Assembly (NCBI RefSeq): GCF_002113885.1
Contig: NW_018405737.1
Span: forward strand, 428,970 to 492,969
Direction: 5' to 3'
Source: Mizuhopecten yessoensis
Lineage: Eukaryota
Length of the DNA: 64,000 bases
Of this stretch, positions 1-12,171 are shown piece by piece. Positions within the stretch are counted from its first letter, which is position 1; the number at the start of each line of letters is the position of its first letter. The translations under genes were made by a program, and so were the position numbers. Under the pieces are notes generated by a model. That model searched no databases. It was not told the DNA's origin and was given only the letters and a program-made list of their open reading frames with translations.

Positions 1-1433
1 CAAGCAAGGGAAGAAAATCTAAACGTATTAAACAATCTGTACATTGCATCACATATAATCCATATATGCATAAAAAATTATCTCTTCATCAACATTTTCT
101 ATTATTCTGTACAAACCATCCACATTTGAGAAAGAACATAAAACAATATGTATATGACTAGCTTAAAAATGACAAAATAATGTTTGTATAGCGTTATACA
201 AACTTACAATACTGAGATTGGGTAAAAACCATAGGAATGTGTTCGAGACGAGTTCAAAGCGAGACGACAATTATAGTCGGCGTTATGCCTGGTTTCTCCT
301 GAGTAAGACTGAAATCAAGTATTTACATTGATCTTGTAAAGCAAACAAATATGTAATGTCTTTGTTATAGGCGGGTAATTGAAAGCAAACTTGTGTTCCT
401 GTGATACGTGATTACAAATGACAAAATACTTATTAATTGTGACTTTATTTAAGATTAAATCTTTTCGCACCAAAATCAGTATGTGTGGCCACTTGGGAGA
501 TTTTTGTTAGATCAGATAGAAATAAAAAAATCATGTGTCCTTTTTGATGATAATCATTTCTGGTAGAGAATGTTACCTATTGGCGTTATCATTTCTTATT
601 TATCATGGATAACATTTACGTTATATCGACGCCAGAAATACTGGAGCTGGTGCTTGCTATCAACATTGTTTGTTTGGTTTTTGTCAGTTTTTGTTCAACA
701 CTTGCCACATTGTCATGTTGGATGAATGCCAATTTATAAAAAATATGTATTTTAATAAGTTGCTGTCATTTCGAATCAAATGGAAATAACCAAGAGCAAT
801 TCTCACATAAAACAATGAGCAGTTACCTTACGAAACAATTAATGCTGTAAAATATCAGGAAACAGTTCAAATAAAATGAAAATAGAGAATGACGTTCTCA
901 ATGTGATTCATCACCTACAATTACTTAAGAATTCTTTGATTTCGCTCTCTCTGAAACAGAACATTCTCTGATACTGTCGATATCATGTACGATGACATTC
1001 TGAGTATAACTTACATTGAAATAATAAAATAGCACGTGTCTGAGATTTAAATATTCTTTGTTATCCAAACTGTCAGTAGCCGCTGAATATGCAAAACCAG
1101 ACATAAGAAAGCGCTAAGTATGTCTAACTTCGGAAACTATAGATACAGCATTAGACACATAAAGTCAAATATTTATCAAAACCGTTCATTTTACATATCA
1201 TCATATTGTCAGCATAAGGTGCATTCCTGATGGTATATTTTGACATGGCCATTATTGATCATGACATAGTAAACAGGCATTAAATTAATCAAACAACCTC
1301 TTCTAGTTTGTTTATGTTGTGCATCATCCGTAATCCCGATTCAATACACTCTGAGCATAACTTTATCCTTACCAAGCAGGATTAGGTGGGGAAAGTGTTG
1401 TTTTGTTGTTGATTCAGGGTTACCTTCTCTACA

Positions 1434-1573
1434 GGTGACTTCCGGGTCACTATGTCTCTAGGTGACTTCCGGGTCACTATGTCTTTAGGTGACTTCCGGG
1501 TCACCACATCTCTATGTGACTTCCGGGTCACTATGTCTCTAGGTGACTTCCGGGTCACCACGTCTTTAGGTGA
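1434..1573. repeat. 27-bp minisatellite, 5 copies, in the presumed NK4 3' UTR
   Basis: Units start at 1434, 1461, 1488, 1515 and 1542; consensus GGTGACTTCCGGGTCACTATGTCTCTA. Confidence 0.95.
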
Positions 1574-1640
1574 TCATTACTTTTTATGATACAGAAACGT
1601 CACTTGTAGATTAATAAACCACCTGTCACGTGTTTCATTG

Positions 1641-2185
1641 TCACCAGGCTCGTATCCCCTGGTTTAACTGTTGTTGTGAAATGTATCCACTTTGTTGAAT
1701 TTGGTTCATTGGGTTCATCGTTGACACGTGATTGTTCATGGTGTTTCCGTAAGGTGGTGCTGAGTAGGCGAACGGGTTGACATTATAAGGCGCGGAATAC
1801 GGTTGTGTGACGTTCTGGCACGGCTTGCCGTCCCTCACCAAGACCGGGACATGGACCCGACGAGGTGGTCCCGGCTGCATGCTGACCATTTCCACGTTTT
1901 TATCCTGTCGTTGGCGCTTACATTTGTATCTCCTGTTTTGGAACCATATCTTAACTTGCGTTGAGGTAAGTTTCAGAATATTTGCTAATTGTTCTCTTTC
2001 CGGTGCGGATAAATATCTTTGTTGTTTAAATCTTCTTTCTAATTCGTAAACTTGGGCCTGAGAAAATAGTACCCTGGGTTTTCGTTTTTGTCGTTGTTTC
2101 ATTAGATGGCATTCTGCTTGTTTGTCTTTCGTAGTTTTGTCTTTCTCATTTTCGTTTCTGGAATCGTTAAGGATACTTGGTTTAT
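1641..2185 (-). CDS. NK4: NK4/Nkx2-5/tinman-class homeobox gene, coding exon 2 (homeobox ~1908-2087, NK2-specific domain ~1818-1868, Tyr-rich region, C-terminal GIRAW)
   Basis: Homeodomain [60 protein letters not shown] has Tyr54 and the NK4-type residues ([15 protein letters not shown]), unlike NK2.1/2.2 (KRR, LTPTQ, NHRYK). [16 protein letters not shown] and GIRAW-stop follow. Acceptor tttgtgtattttcAG at 2187-2186; the first 12 residues of the track ORF are intronic. Confidence 0.96.
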
Positions 2186-2805
2186 CTGAAAATACACAAA
2201 GCAAAACAAGATTAAAGTTCATGTTCGTATGAGGAAGTATTCACCTTTAAATACCTCTGTGTGGTTCGTATTCGCAACATGTGTTAGTAAGGAGGATATG
2301 TTGATACTTTCTATACAAATCCACAGGTTTGGTTGAGTTATAATACATATCGATTATGTATAACTATATAAAATGCATTTTTTTAAAATTTTCTGATCAC
2401 GGATCACTGTTTTCTTGGATAATAATCAAATTCCCAAATTTACCGATTGTGTAGAGTTATACATTTAAAGCAACAAGTTTGAGAGATGAAGTGGGCTGAA
2501 ACTTACAATTAAATTTATCAGAGGAAAGGAAATGAGTACAACGAAACCTATAAAATGTATCTTAAAATTCAAACAATCAAATATGAGCAATACGAATGGG
2601 GCAATTAGTGTAAATCGAAATAAAAATATAGCTTTGTTCTCTCAAGTTGCTATATAATGGTAATTAAGTGTTGTAGTTAAACTAGAACACAGTTAAGTGC
2701 ATGTTTAAGGAGTGCATTCCGGTCGTCTTCTCACATACAGTATAACCAAGTGTAATTGGTGTAGTGTACAGCTGGGCTCCAGTAACAGTGGATTGGAAAT
2801 TCCCA

Positions 2806-2862
2806 AATAAAATTTATTAGAATAAATTTATTAGAATAAAATTTATTAGAATAAAATTTATA
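2806..2862. repeat. ~15-bp AT-rich tandem repeat, ~4 copies
   Basis: (AATAAAATTTATTAG)n. Confidence 0.85.
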
Positions 2863-3204
2863 ATGTGTTACAGAACACCATCCACATTGAACCTTTTATT
2901 TATAATGTTTGTAGAACTGTATGTAAAAGATATCATTTGCGCCGTTTTGACTGAGAAACATCACCGTACGGTTGTGTACATGCAGCCTTATCACTTTCAG
3001 TTTGTGTGTTAGTTTTATTGATGGCGAGGTCATGCGGACGGATATGATGTATATTTCAGTCACGAACAAACCTCGGCGTACAGCGACAACTTAGTAATTC
3101 ATTCTTTATCCTCATCATCTTGTGATGAAATAAATCATTTATGAATCATGTTTATTGATTTGGGCAGGGGGTAATATATATATATTGAGAACTAAAACCA
3201 TGTA

Positions 3205-3452
3205 AAATATAAATATAAACTTTATTTTTTTTACAACAATTATGAAACAAGTTATTTCAACTTATATTAATCACTCTTGTTAGCCTGGATGTTAGCGTGT
3301 AGGGGTCTTAGTCTGGGAGGAAACCGGAGTACTCGGAGAAAACCCACGTGATCGGGCAGGTGACCCCAACCTTTTCACGTCCGATCGGGGAATCGAACCC
3401 CGGCCGCCTTGATGAAAGGCAAGTGCGCTATCTTTGCACAACCCGACCACCC
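3205..3452 (-). mobile_element. tRNA-derived SINE with V-domain-like core
   Basis: Minus strand: tRNA-like head with B box GGTTCGATTCC (3399-3389), core GTGGGTTTTCTCCGAGTACTCCGGTTTCCTCCCA, then AATAAA and a (TTTATA)n tail. No clear TSD. Confidence 0.8.
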
Positions 3453-6400
3453 TTCCCACATTGTCAACTAAAATCCCAAACACATGGTCAACTTTCCTTC
3501 AAGAAATAGAAAATGAAAACTGAAATAACTTATGTTGGATCGTTGACTAGCGCTGCAATAGAAAACAATTTTATGTCAGAACTATAAAATTAAAAAAAAA
3601 AAGAAAATGTTAAAAAGGGAAAATTGCGTTTGTCTGGTTCTCTCTGTATGTGGCTTTTGTATCCGACGCAGATTAAATGTACGGGAAGGTAAAGACGACA
3701 TGTTTTGTTGACATTATGTTTAGTTTTAGCTCGCCGGGCTCGACTCCGTGTGTGGTTCACTTAGTAAACAAACAGATAAACACCCGTACAACACTAAACA
3801 GTTAGTTTTACTGGCGAATCTAGCTTTCTTTCACACATCTGTTATCGGGTCGTTCCAGATCTAACGTTTTAGTGTGCAGTTACATGCCCATTTTGAATCA
3901 TGTTTCCCATAAGGTCATAACAAGGTCAACCAGTGCTTTGTGTGGTCTGCGATATATCAGGACAACTATACCGGCGACAATGTCTCACCATGTTATAGTC
4001 GATTTGTTCAGCGTACTAGACTGGGACTTTTAAATGAAAATCTGCATATATTTAGGGTATAATCACGCTGCAATGCCTGGCAAACCACTGACCACTGAGC
4101 TTTGGAAGAAAGGCAAGTCACCCAATAGAAAATATATTATAAAAATTACGTACAGTACATATTCGGAAAAAACGGAGATCATTGGATAGTCATACAACAG
4201 ATTAACGGACGGTTAATAAGACAAGTAGACGGAACCATGGACAGACAGAAAACAAATTAACGGAAAGACTAGTAGACGGAACTATTAGCAGACAACAGTG
4301 AAACGATCGGACGAAAAGATTAGTTGATGGCGACCAATTGACAGAAAAATGTAGAAACGTAGAGTAAGGGACGCACAACAAAATAACTAAAAAATGAGGG
4401 AATTCACGAATGATTGTGAGCGCTATGTGGTTTTTGGACGACTTCACTATTACAAAGATCAACAGTGGGGCGGTTTTCGCGGATATTAGAACCAACTGTA
4501 CAACTGTGGCGCGGTAATTGGTCCTATACCCCAGCACTTTCTTTATACTTTGTTTCCAGACCCGCAGGCTGAGACACCATGTATACGGCAGCCTATTGCT
4601 AACCCCTCGTCTCCAGCTTCACGGATATACTAATGTTCACGGAATGTCATTTCTTTATTAAAATTAAGTGGCTGTTGATTAAGTACGGTGTCTTTATTTC
4701 CGTAGTATTAATTGGAAACACTTTTGAATATTCAACTCCACGTGGACCGGCGAGGATGCGGAGCGCTTACACGGAACCGGATGGTGTTTTTATTATAAGG
4801 TCTTTGATAAGAGAAACATAACATTTGCATGGAGTATCGGGAATATTGGACAATTAAAAGTTGTGTTGAAGGTTGAGATGAGTTGTAAATACATTGTATA
4901 TGTGTTTAAACATATGACGATTAGTGAATATATCAAGAAACGCAAAGCGGAAAAGAAAACAAATTATCCAGGCATTGACACTAGGTATACACACACAGCA
5001 ATCTTGGTTGTAATGAAGGGTTATGATTTAAACACACAAAAACCGCTGGCATGGATTCAGGAAAATAATCCCGGAAGACTAAGGTTTTCCCAAATCCCTG
5101 ACACACGTACCGGAAATACGACTCACCTGTCTACGGCTTATGCGCGAGAGGCGGAAGTCTCATGTTTTAAATAAGAGGATTTACTCGGAATCCTGGAACA
5201 ATTTCAGATTATGTTTATCTGTGCATCATTTCAATTACGTGTATTAGAAATATAATTTAATACTGGAATTAAAAACATGTTGATTACCTAGTGCTTTTCT
5301 TTAACAGTTTTTCTTTGTTTCAGAGGAGATGGATTAAACATAACCCCTAGCTTGTGATCCAATATCACTCTGGTAAATGTATTTTTGAAATGAATTTATT
5401 TATCAACAATTACTAGAACTGTCCTTGTTACAATATTATTATAATCTGTATAACATGTTCACCAGTCGATTATGATAAATAATTTAAGCCAATAAACAAC
5501 ATTCAGTAAACAGATACATTGAAGCAAAAACAAGATTTTTCCGATGTTGGTCATAAATATCAAATTAGTTCTTTCTTTGTCATGTCATTCGATATTCCTC
5601 TAATTTCATTGACATCCTCAAGTGTTTAAATAAATATCTTCAGGCCTTTTTGTCAGGTTATTTTTCCGGTATCTCGGTTGGCTGAAGGAATTATTTTTAT
5701 CTTGTTCTTTTCCTCTCGATGAAAGAGGCCAACGTTTGTAAACAATTACACTGGCATCTGAAACACACGTACACATTATCAGTGACCCGGGTTTGTCCCG
5801 GGCCTGATAACTTCTGTTGGGTACGGCTCCATACGTGGAGCGATATATATATTGGGGAGGGGGTATGTTAACAAGGGTGATACGCTGGGGAGGGGGAGAT
5901 GGTCTGTCCCTTCCGGAATGTTTATATTTACATACTGGTGGGCAAATCTGCTTCAATGACGAGAGGTAGTAAAAGCGATTATTCATTGTATACTTAGTAT
6001 AAAGACCCTCTCTCCCCCGCATCACTATAACCAAGGCTAATGCCACGGTTGAGTAACCACCATCAGCTTCTGTAACTTTATACAAACTAAATACCAGAGA
6101 TATCCCAAATAACAGTACCCATTCGGTACTCCTCGGAACACAAGTCCACAACTTCACAAGGGTATACAATAACTCATAAATAAGCTCCGCGTGTGATGTG
6201 GTTACGGTCCTCTTGGAATCACGATGAAGCGTGAAATCTGCCAGATATATGAAGCAAGCAGGGAGGTACACATTTTATTGCCGTATATTTAGACCCAACG
6301 AACTGACTGACCCCCTTTTCTGATGAAAAACAGTTGACGATTATTTTTTTTCTGAAACTTTATCAGCCATCGGGAACGTCGACTAAATGCTTAAACTATG

Positions 6401-9400
6401 AATGGAGGCTAGTGTATGGTACAATATATATTAAATATACATGGCGTACTATTTATAAGGAAACATTTTATAATTTTGAAGCTAGTTGTAATACATTTTG
6501 ATATTCGTTTTATTTTGGTAGAAAAAGACAATAAACTATAAACTTGTAGATTAAATCAAGATAATATCTACGTGTAAATAAACATTTATTTTATGACCGT
6601 CTCACGTCTGCCGCAGGGGTTGATAGGTTTACGTAATTCCCAACGTATTCAACATTTTCCTTTTCAGTTTTAAATGTTTTATTAAATCATTTTATGCCCG
6701 GTACAATGTACATGTATATTGTGAGCTTAAATTTGTATTCAAATTTGTATATTACTTTCGTGAAATGTCTCCGCTACTCTCATATAAGATAGCGTACTGA
6801 CATGTAATCTCCAAAAAACATTCGGCAATAAGTTCCCTTATACCGGACAGTATCATTAAACTACCACTGAATCTCCCGGTTTTATCTAAAGCCATTTTAC
6901 CTCTAGCATACCCAGTACCAGGGTACAACATACATGTAGCTTAATCACCTTATTAATTCTCGTATTTAAAAACTACTGTTCAAATTCGTAATGCAAATAT
7001 TTAAAACAATGCTTTGGTGTATTAAGTGTAGAAAACAACGGTTTATTTCAATATACAAAATTGAACAATTACTTATTGTTTGGAAATATTCAGTTGTTAT
7101 TAAAAAAGTACACGGAAAATTTAAAATATTTTAATAAAATCAAGAGAATGTGACAGTTTCGTACTATTTTTCGAATACCTCTAGATGTAGATATTAAACA
7201 GTTTTTCGTGGGCGTTTTTATCACTTCCTTTGCCAAACGTAAAGATTTAAAAATAAAATAAAAAAAATAATACTTGTTTTGTAAGTTGCACATATTAGTC
7301 CGGCACCAGTCACGAAAACTGCGTGTGTTTAAAAATTGCGGATAGAATGAAATTGAAATTGCCAGATGATTCTGTGTTGAAAACTTGCAGAGAATGAAAT
7401 ACAGTTCCTGACAGGAAATCGCTTTAGGAAATTGCATATGTGAGATTTATATCCGAAATTTAAACATCTGTGGCTTAGAGATCGTAGCGATAACTTTATA
7501 CATTTTAATAAAAGTTTCCGCTTTGCCGTTAACGTTAAACATGTTACACTGACTTGCGTGTTTACAAACCGATTCGGATTTGTTGTGGAGTGCACTTTTT
7601 AAAACATAACAATGATCGTTCAAGTTTTGAATGTTGAGAAATAAACGTATTTTTGATACTTTTTATAACTGATAGATGCGAACATTTGTATTTACATGGT
7701 TTAAGAAAATTTACTTTTTTGCTTTCATGAAATTACATTTAAATATAATATCAGTTTTCTTTTTGTTTTTCATTTTGATAGTTTTTTAATTTCAACTTTT
7801 TATTCTAATATCATATCTGATTCATCAACTCTGTCGCTCGATAATTAATCCACGAATGAGAAGCAATATAGGTTAAGAAAACCACTATCTGAAAGATGTA
7901 TAAAAAGCATACCCTTTCCTATGTAAAAATTATTGAGTTAAAAAAAATACTTTCCAATACTTAAAATATCCTTTCTTCATTACATTCTTTAATACAAATT
8001 ATGAGATTTGTAAATGCATAAGTGAATTGCGAAGCCAATCGGTCAACCCGTCATTACGGCGGTAACGAGTTGACAGTCTCAAGCCGGCTACACACGGGCA
8101 TAGATTATATTAAGGACTAGACACTTAATATCATAATGCCCGAATACCGACTCATAATTTAACCAACACTTCAACTTTTATCCTATTTCAACCAGTGTTC
8201 GCCATCTAACGGATAAGAAATTGTAGACGAAATCAAATTATACAAATAACTATACGAATATTATTCCACAAATTGGTACAAGGACTAATTAGTAAGCGGA
8301 TCTTTGCCCGTGATATACATCTTTATCGACTTTTGTTTCCCTGCTCTCGACCTGATCGCCAGCTCTATGCCGCCACAACCCTATACTTGGGATCCCTTTG
8401 AACCAAGGATTAGAGCCCTCACGTTGGCTTAGCGTTGCCGCTTACATATTGGTGGCAGCGGCGGGATTCAAGTTGGCCCCCTGCAGCGATTTGAATGAAG
8501 TTTACAGAGAGGATAGAGTGATAAAACTATTCCATAGCCATATATCTCCAGATCTAACTGCCCATGACATTTGTATATGTATAGCGTGGTGTCTGGAGAA
8601 TAGCTAACACAAGTTTAAGTAGCTTACCGCAATCATAAACAGGTAGCGTTTTTCGCAATAATATAACACTCAAAATTCTTATCTGTCCCTTTTTTTTTTT
8701 TTTAATTTGTCAGTGACATGACAAATATACAATAAATAAATCAGGGTAAGAATATTACATAAATATGTTTTGTTTATTTTAAGTAATTTGAAGCCACCAA
8801 GCTGCTTCCTTTAACACTTTCCTTACACGCCTGTATCAAACGTTACATTGCATTTAATATACATGTACTAACCTTCTTTCTGTGATCAGTGTATATCTTC
8901 AGTCATTAACAATGTTATGTCCGAGAGGACAGCGTCACATGCGGTTTAATACCTTCCCGTGATGTCTAAATAGCCTTCATCTAGACTTTACGTTCTCATT
9001 AAGTAGCAGCATATCATATGCTAATTACAGATATACTTTGATGTCGTACGAGTTTATTGTTTAGCACAACCATTTCTGTTGAACTTAGTACTAATAGCTG
9101 GTGTGCAATAATTCTTTGTTATTATTTCTGTTCAACCGAGAAAGCCTTTTATTCAAATTTTGGGACATATGATACAATATTATACATCATATCTTTTTCC
9201 ATACGAATTTAAAACAATGATTTAATTTCCGTTACAAATTCCCTAAGGGCAACATTCATCTTTATAAATGTAAGTAAGTTTGATCGTGTAAGAAAAAACC
9301 TTTGATAAAATACAAATAAGAGAATACAATAAAAAAAAGATGAAAACAATATACAGCAATACCCAATTTACATACATTAGGATAAATTACGATGAATTAT

Positions 9401-12171
9401 GAGACGTTTCCGGATGTACACGAAACTCAGATTTCCCCGGTTTGGTACAGTTCTGACACGTTGCGTTGGTGTATCACGGCCCAAGCCAGATTTCCGAAAA
9501 CCGCACAGCTTATCCCGAGAACCTAAAGTGCAACGGGCACTTCCTTTCTATCGTATCCGGCGGATTGAGACCAGTCAGCGGGTCAAATGTCAGCTGATCA
9601 TCACGTAGACACGCGGACGACGGCAATGATCATTTATATATTGGCAATACTAGAGTTGTTGTTGTTATTGTTTTACATCGTACACACTTAGAAAGGAAGG
9701 AAAATAAGGCATAGGAAATGTTCCGATCGGAAATACTTTTGAATTAGTTTTGTTTCCCGAACAAAGAACTAATACTCCAATTACAACTCATTGTGTGGGC
9801 TGTTATCTTTGCTTGCATTCAATTCAATCTAATATTTTCTAATTTTGACTGTAGGAGCAAAACGGCATATCTCTTGGAATAGGCCCTGGACGAGCGCTCA
9901 ATATATATTATAAGCAGTTTATACTACGTATACCTTGATAACAGAGCCAAACAATATGTATACATTATAAGTGACGTAGGTAATTTGCAATGATTTCACA
10001 AGTGACACTTTCAACCAATCGCTTTCTATTAAATATATTCTGATAAATAAAAAATGTAACCTAGTACTTCCTTCCTCATTTGATTATCAATAAACGGACA
10101 TTCGATCTGATATCGTTTTTAAAAACCGTGATGCTGTCATTGTAATGTTAATTAAACACTTCAAAGTTCAATTTTAGATAAAGTACTCTCGTCAAAATGT
10201 AATTTGTAAAGTACTTTCAAGTGTGATGGTGAGATACAATTGACCGCGAGCAGCTATTATAAGTACTTAATTGATGGTCTAAGTACAAAGCCTGTTTAAG
10301 TGGAATTTTAAGATAAAAGACTATGGGACTTGACAATCAGGTACACATTTCCGAGATGTGTGAACCAATTAACGTTTAGACAAGGAAGATACACACTGTC
10401 TGGTTATGTTACGTGAACCTGCCGAGAGTTAAATACACAAACTCTATTGTTTCTGAGTATAATATAACGGTATTTTGATTTTGATAAACCCTGCTATGAT
10501 TATGAATATTGGTTTTTGTTGAGTTACTGATGGGCCTTAAGAGTTATCCATTGAATTGAAGTAGTAATTAAACCCCTCGCACGTGTCACACAGGATATTT
10601 GAGTAGTTTTCTTACATTATAAACGTAATAAACGACAACTTTAAATGATAGTAAAATAAAGCTCATTTGCTCTGCAGTCAAAATATTGTCAAGCTGTTTT
10701 ATATGCATCTATACATTTTTTTGTGATTATTTCCTGACATATTTCTCTTAAGTTTTTTTTTTAGAGAACCGATACACACATGTTATTTACTTCAAACTAT
10801 CTTTTTCTCTCGATCTTTTTTTCCTCATTTTTTGTCTCGGCATTTATAAATGCCATTTATCTAGCGCCGAAATCTTTCTGAGCTTATCTGAATTATAAAA
10901 TCCCCAACTTTATCCTTACGCGTCTTACAAAATTGTCTGCAGAATAACCAGATAATTAACGGACATCCTTCGACTATATTTAAACGAATTTAGGACATAT
11001 TTCTTATAAAGAAACATACAGTTCAGTGTCAGATCCATTATCTTGGTTGAAATGAAGCCGTTCCAGCGTTCAGATTCATGTCTCTTTTAGTTATTTATTC
11101 AAAATCACAGCAGGCAGTATATTCCGGGGTGTGTGAAATGTTTGGGGGACCGCTGAGAGCAAAAGGATTCTGAACGGCCACCGACTACCGTGTGTTCACA
11201 GTGGTGCCAGATAAAATAAACCACTAATTGAAGGAATTACGACTAATTTTTTAAGTACGAAAACGCGACAAATGTGTTTTCTAAGCCAGTTCTTTTCTTA
11301 AAGTCATCGTGTCTCATGGTTTAGCAAGCATCTTGATTTTACAAATGAATGCACGGTATGTGACAAAACCACTTCAGCTTCAAACTCTATGAAATGTGAA
11401 ATATTAAGAAGAAATGCAGAACTTATTAAAACATTAATAAATGTTGGGCGACAATATTATATAGAAATACATTAAATAGGAAACATTCTTCCTTAACGAC
11501 AAATAAGCGTTGGGAAACAAATAAAATACTTGATCATCGTAAGTAAACGGTTAACGTTTAAGTCTTGTTGGATAAAATGTAATGATAATTTAACTCGGAA
11601 AGTATTTTAAAGTAGTCAACTGTGCTATTTTATCCGCTCTATTGTTCGTATTCTTTTGTAAGTTCACTTCAGTTATAGACACAAGCTATTGTTTAATGAA
11701 GATATGCTTCAAAGATATCGAATTATATTTAAATATCATACACCGAATATCCTTGTAGACTTCCGAAAAGTAAAGAGGATGTCAAAATTAAGAGCTTTAA
11801 GTAAGAGACGTATTAGAAATATTTACAAGGACTTAACTAACGAACAAACAACAATGCAAGAATAGATTTGCATACAATTGATGAGGATAAAATTGGTGTT
11901 GATATAATCTTTAAACATGCCATGGACGCAAAAGTAAGCACTCTATCGAAAAACGGGTTTAATTTACATGTATAGAACCTTAAGTGTACCCTCTTGTAAT
12001 CTCTTATCGATAGTGCAGAATACTGAAATGTTCGAGTACCTGAAAGTAAGAGTAGGGACGTGCCCCAATCGATGTATGTACACACAGCATGAAGAGTCAC
12101 TTGATTACCCTCATGAACGAGACACTATTCCTACCACTTACAATATCTCCACTTAAAAGTAGAATACTTAC

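Larger units (their letters stand above)
2186..12171 (-). other. ~10 kb phase-1 GT-AG intron of NK4
   Basis: Canonical GTAAGT donor and pyrimidine tract + CAG acceptor, frame-compatible. A single intron upstream of the homeobox is the usual NK2-class structure. Confidence 0.88.

Noticed and set aside
1434-1573. CRISPR-like appearance (palindromic repeat plus variable spacer)
   Set aside because: Eukaryotic context, 11-nt linkers that are near-identical to each other, and no cas genes.
1635-1643. Leaky-stop context TGA-CAA after GIRAW
   Set aside because: A second TGA follows immediately, so read-through would add only two residues.
3380-3452. tRNA gene
   Set aside because: The tRNA-like head runs into a SINE core and tail, with no complete cloverleaf; the same applies at 44760-44839.
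5618-6271. 217-aa minus-strand ORF inside the intron
   Set aside because: Non-ATG start, no recognisable domain and no convincing splice boundaries; explained by locally higher GC.
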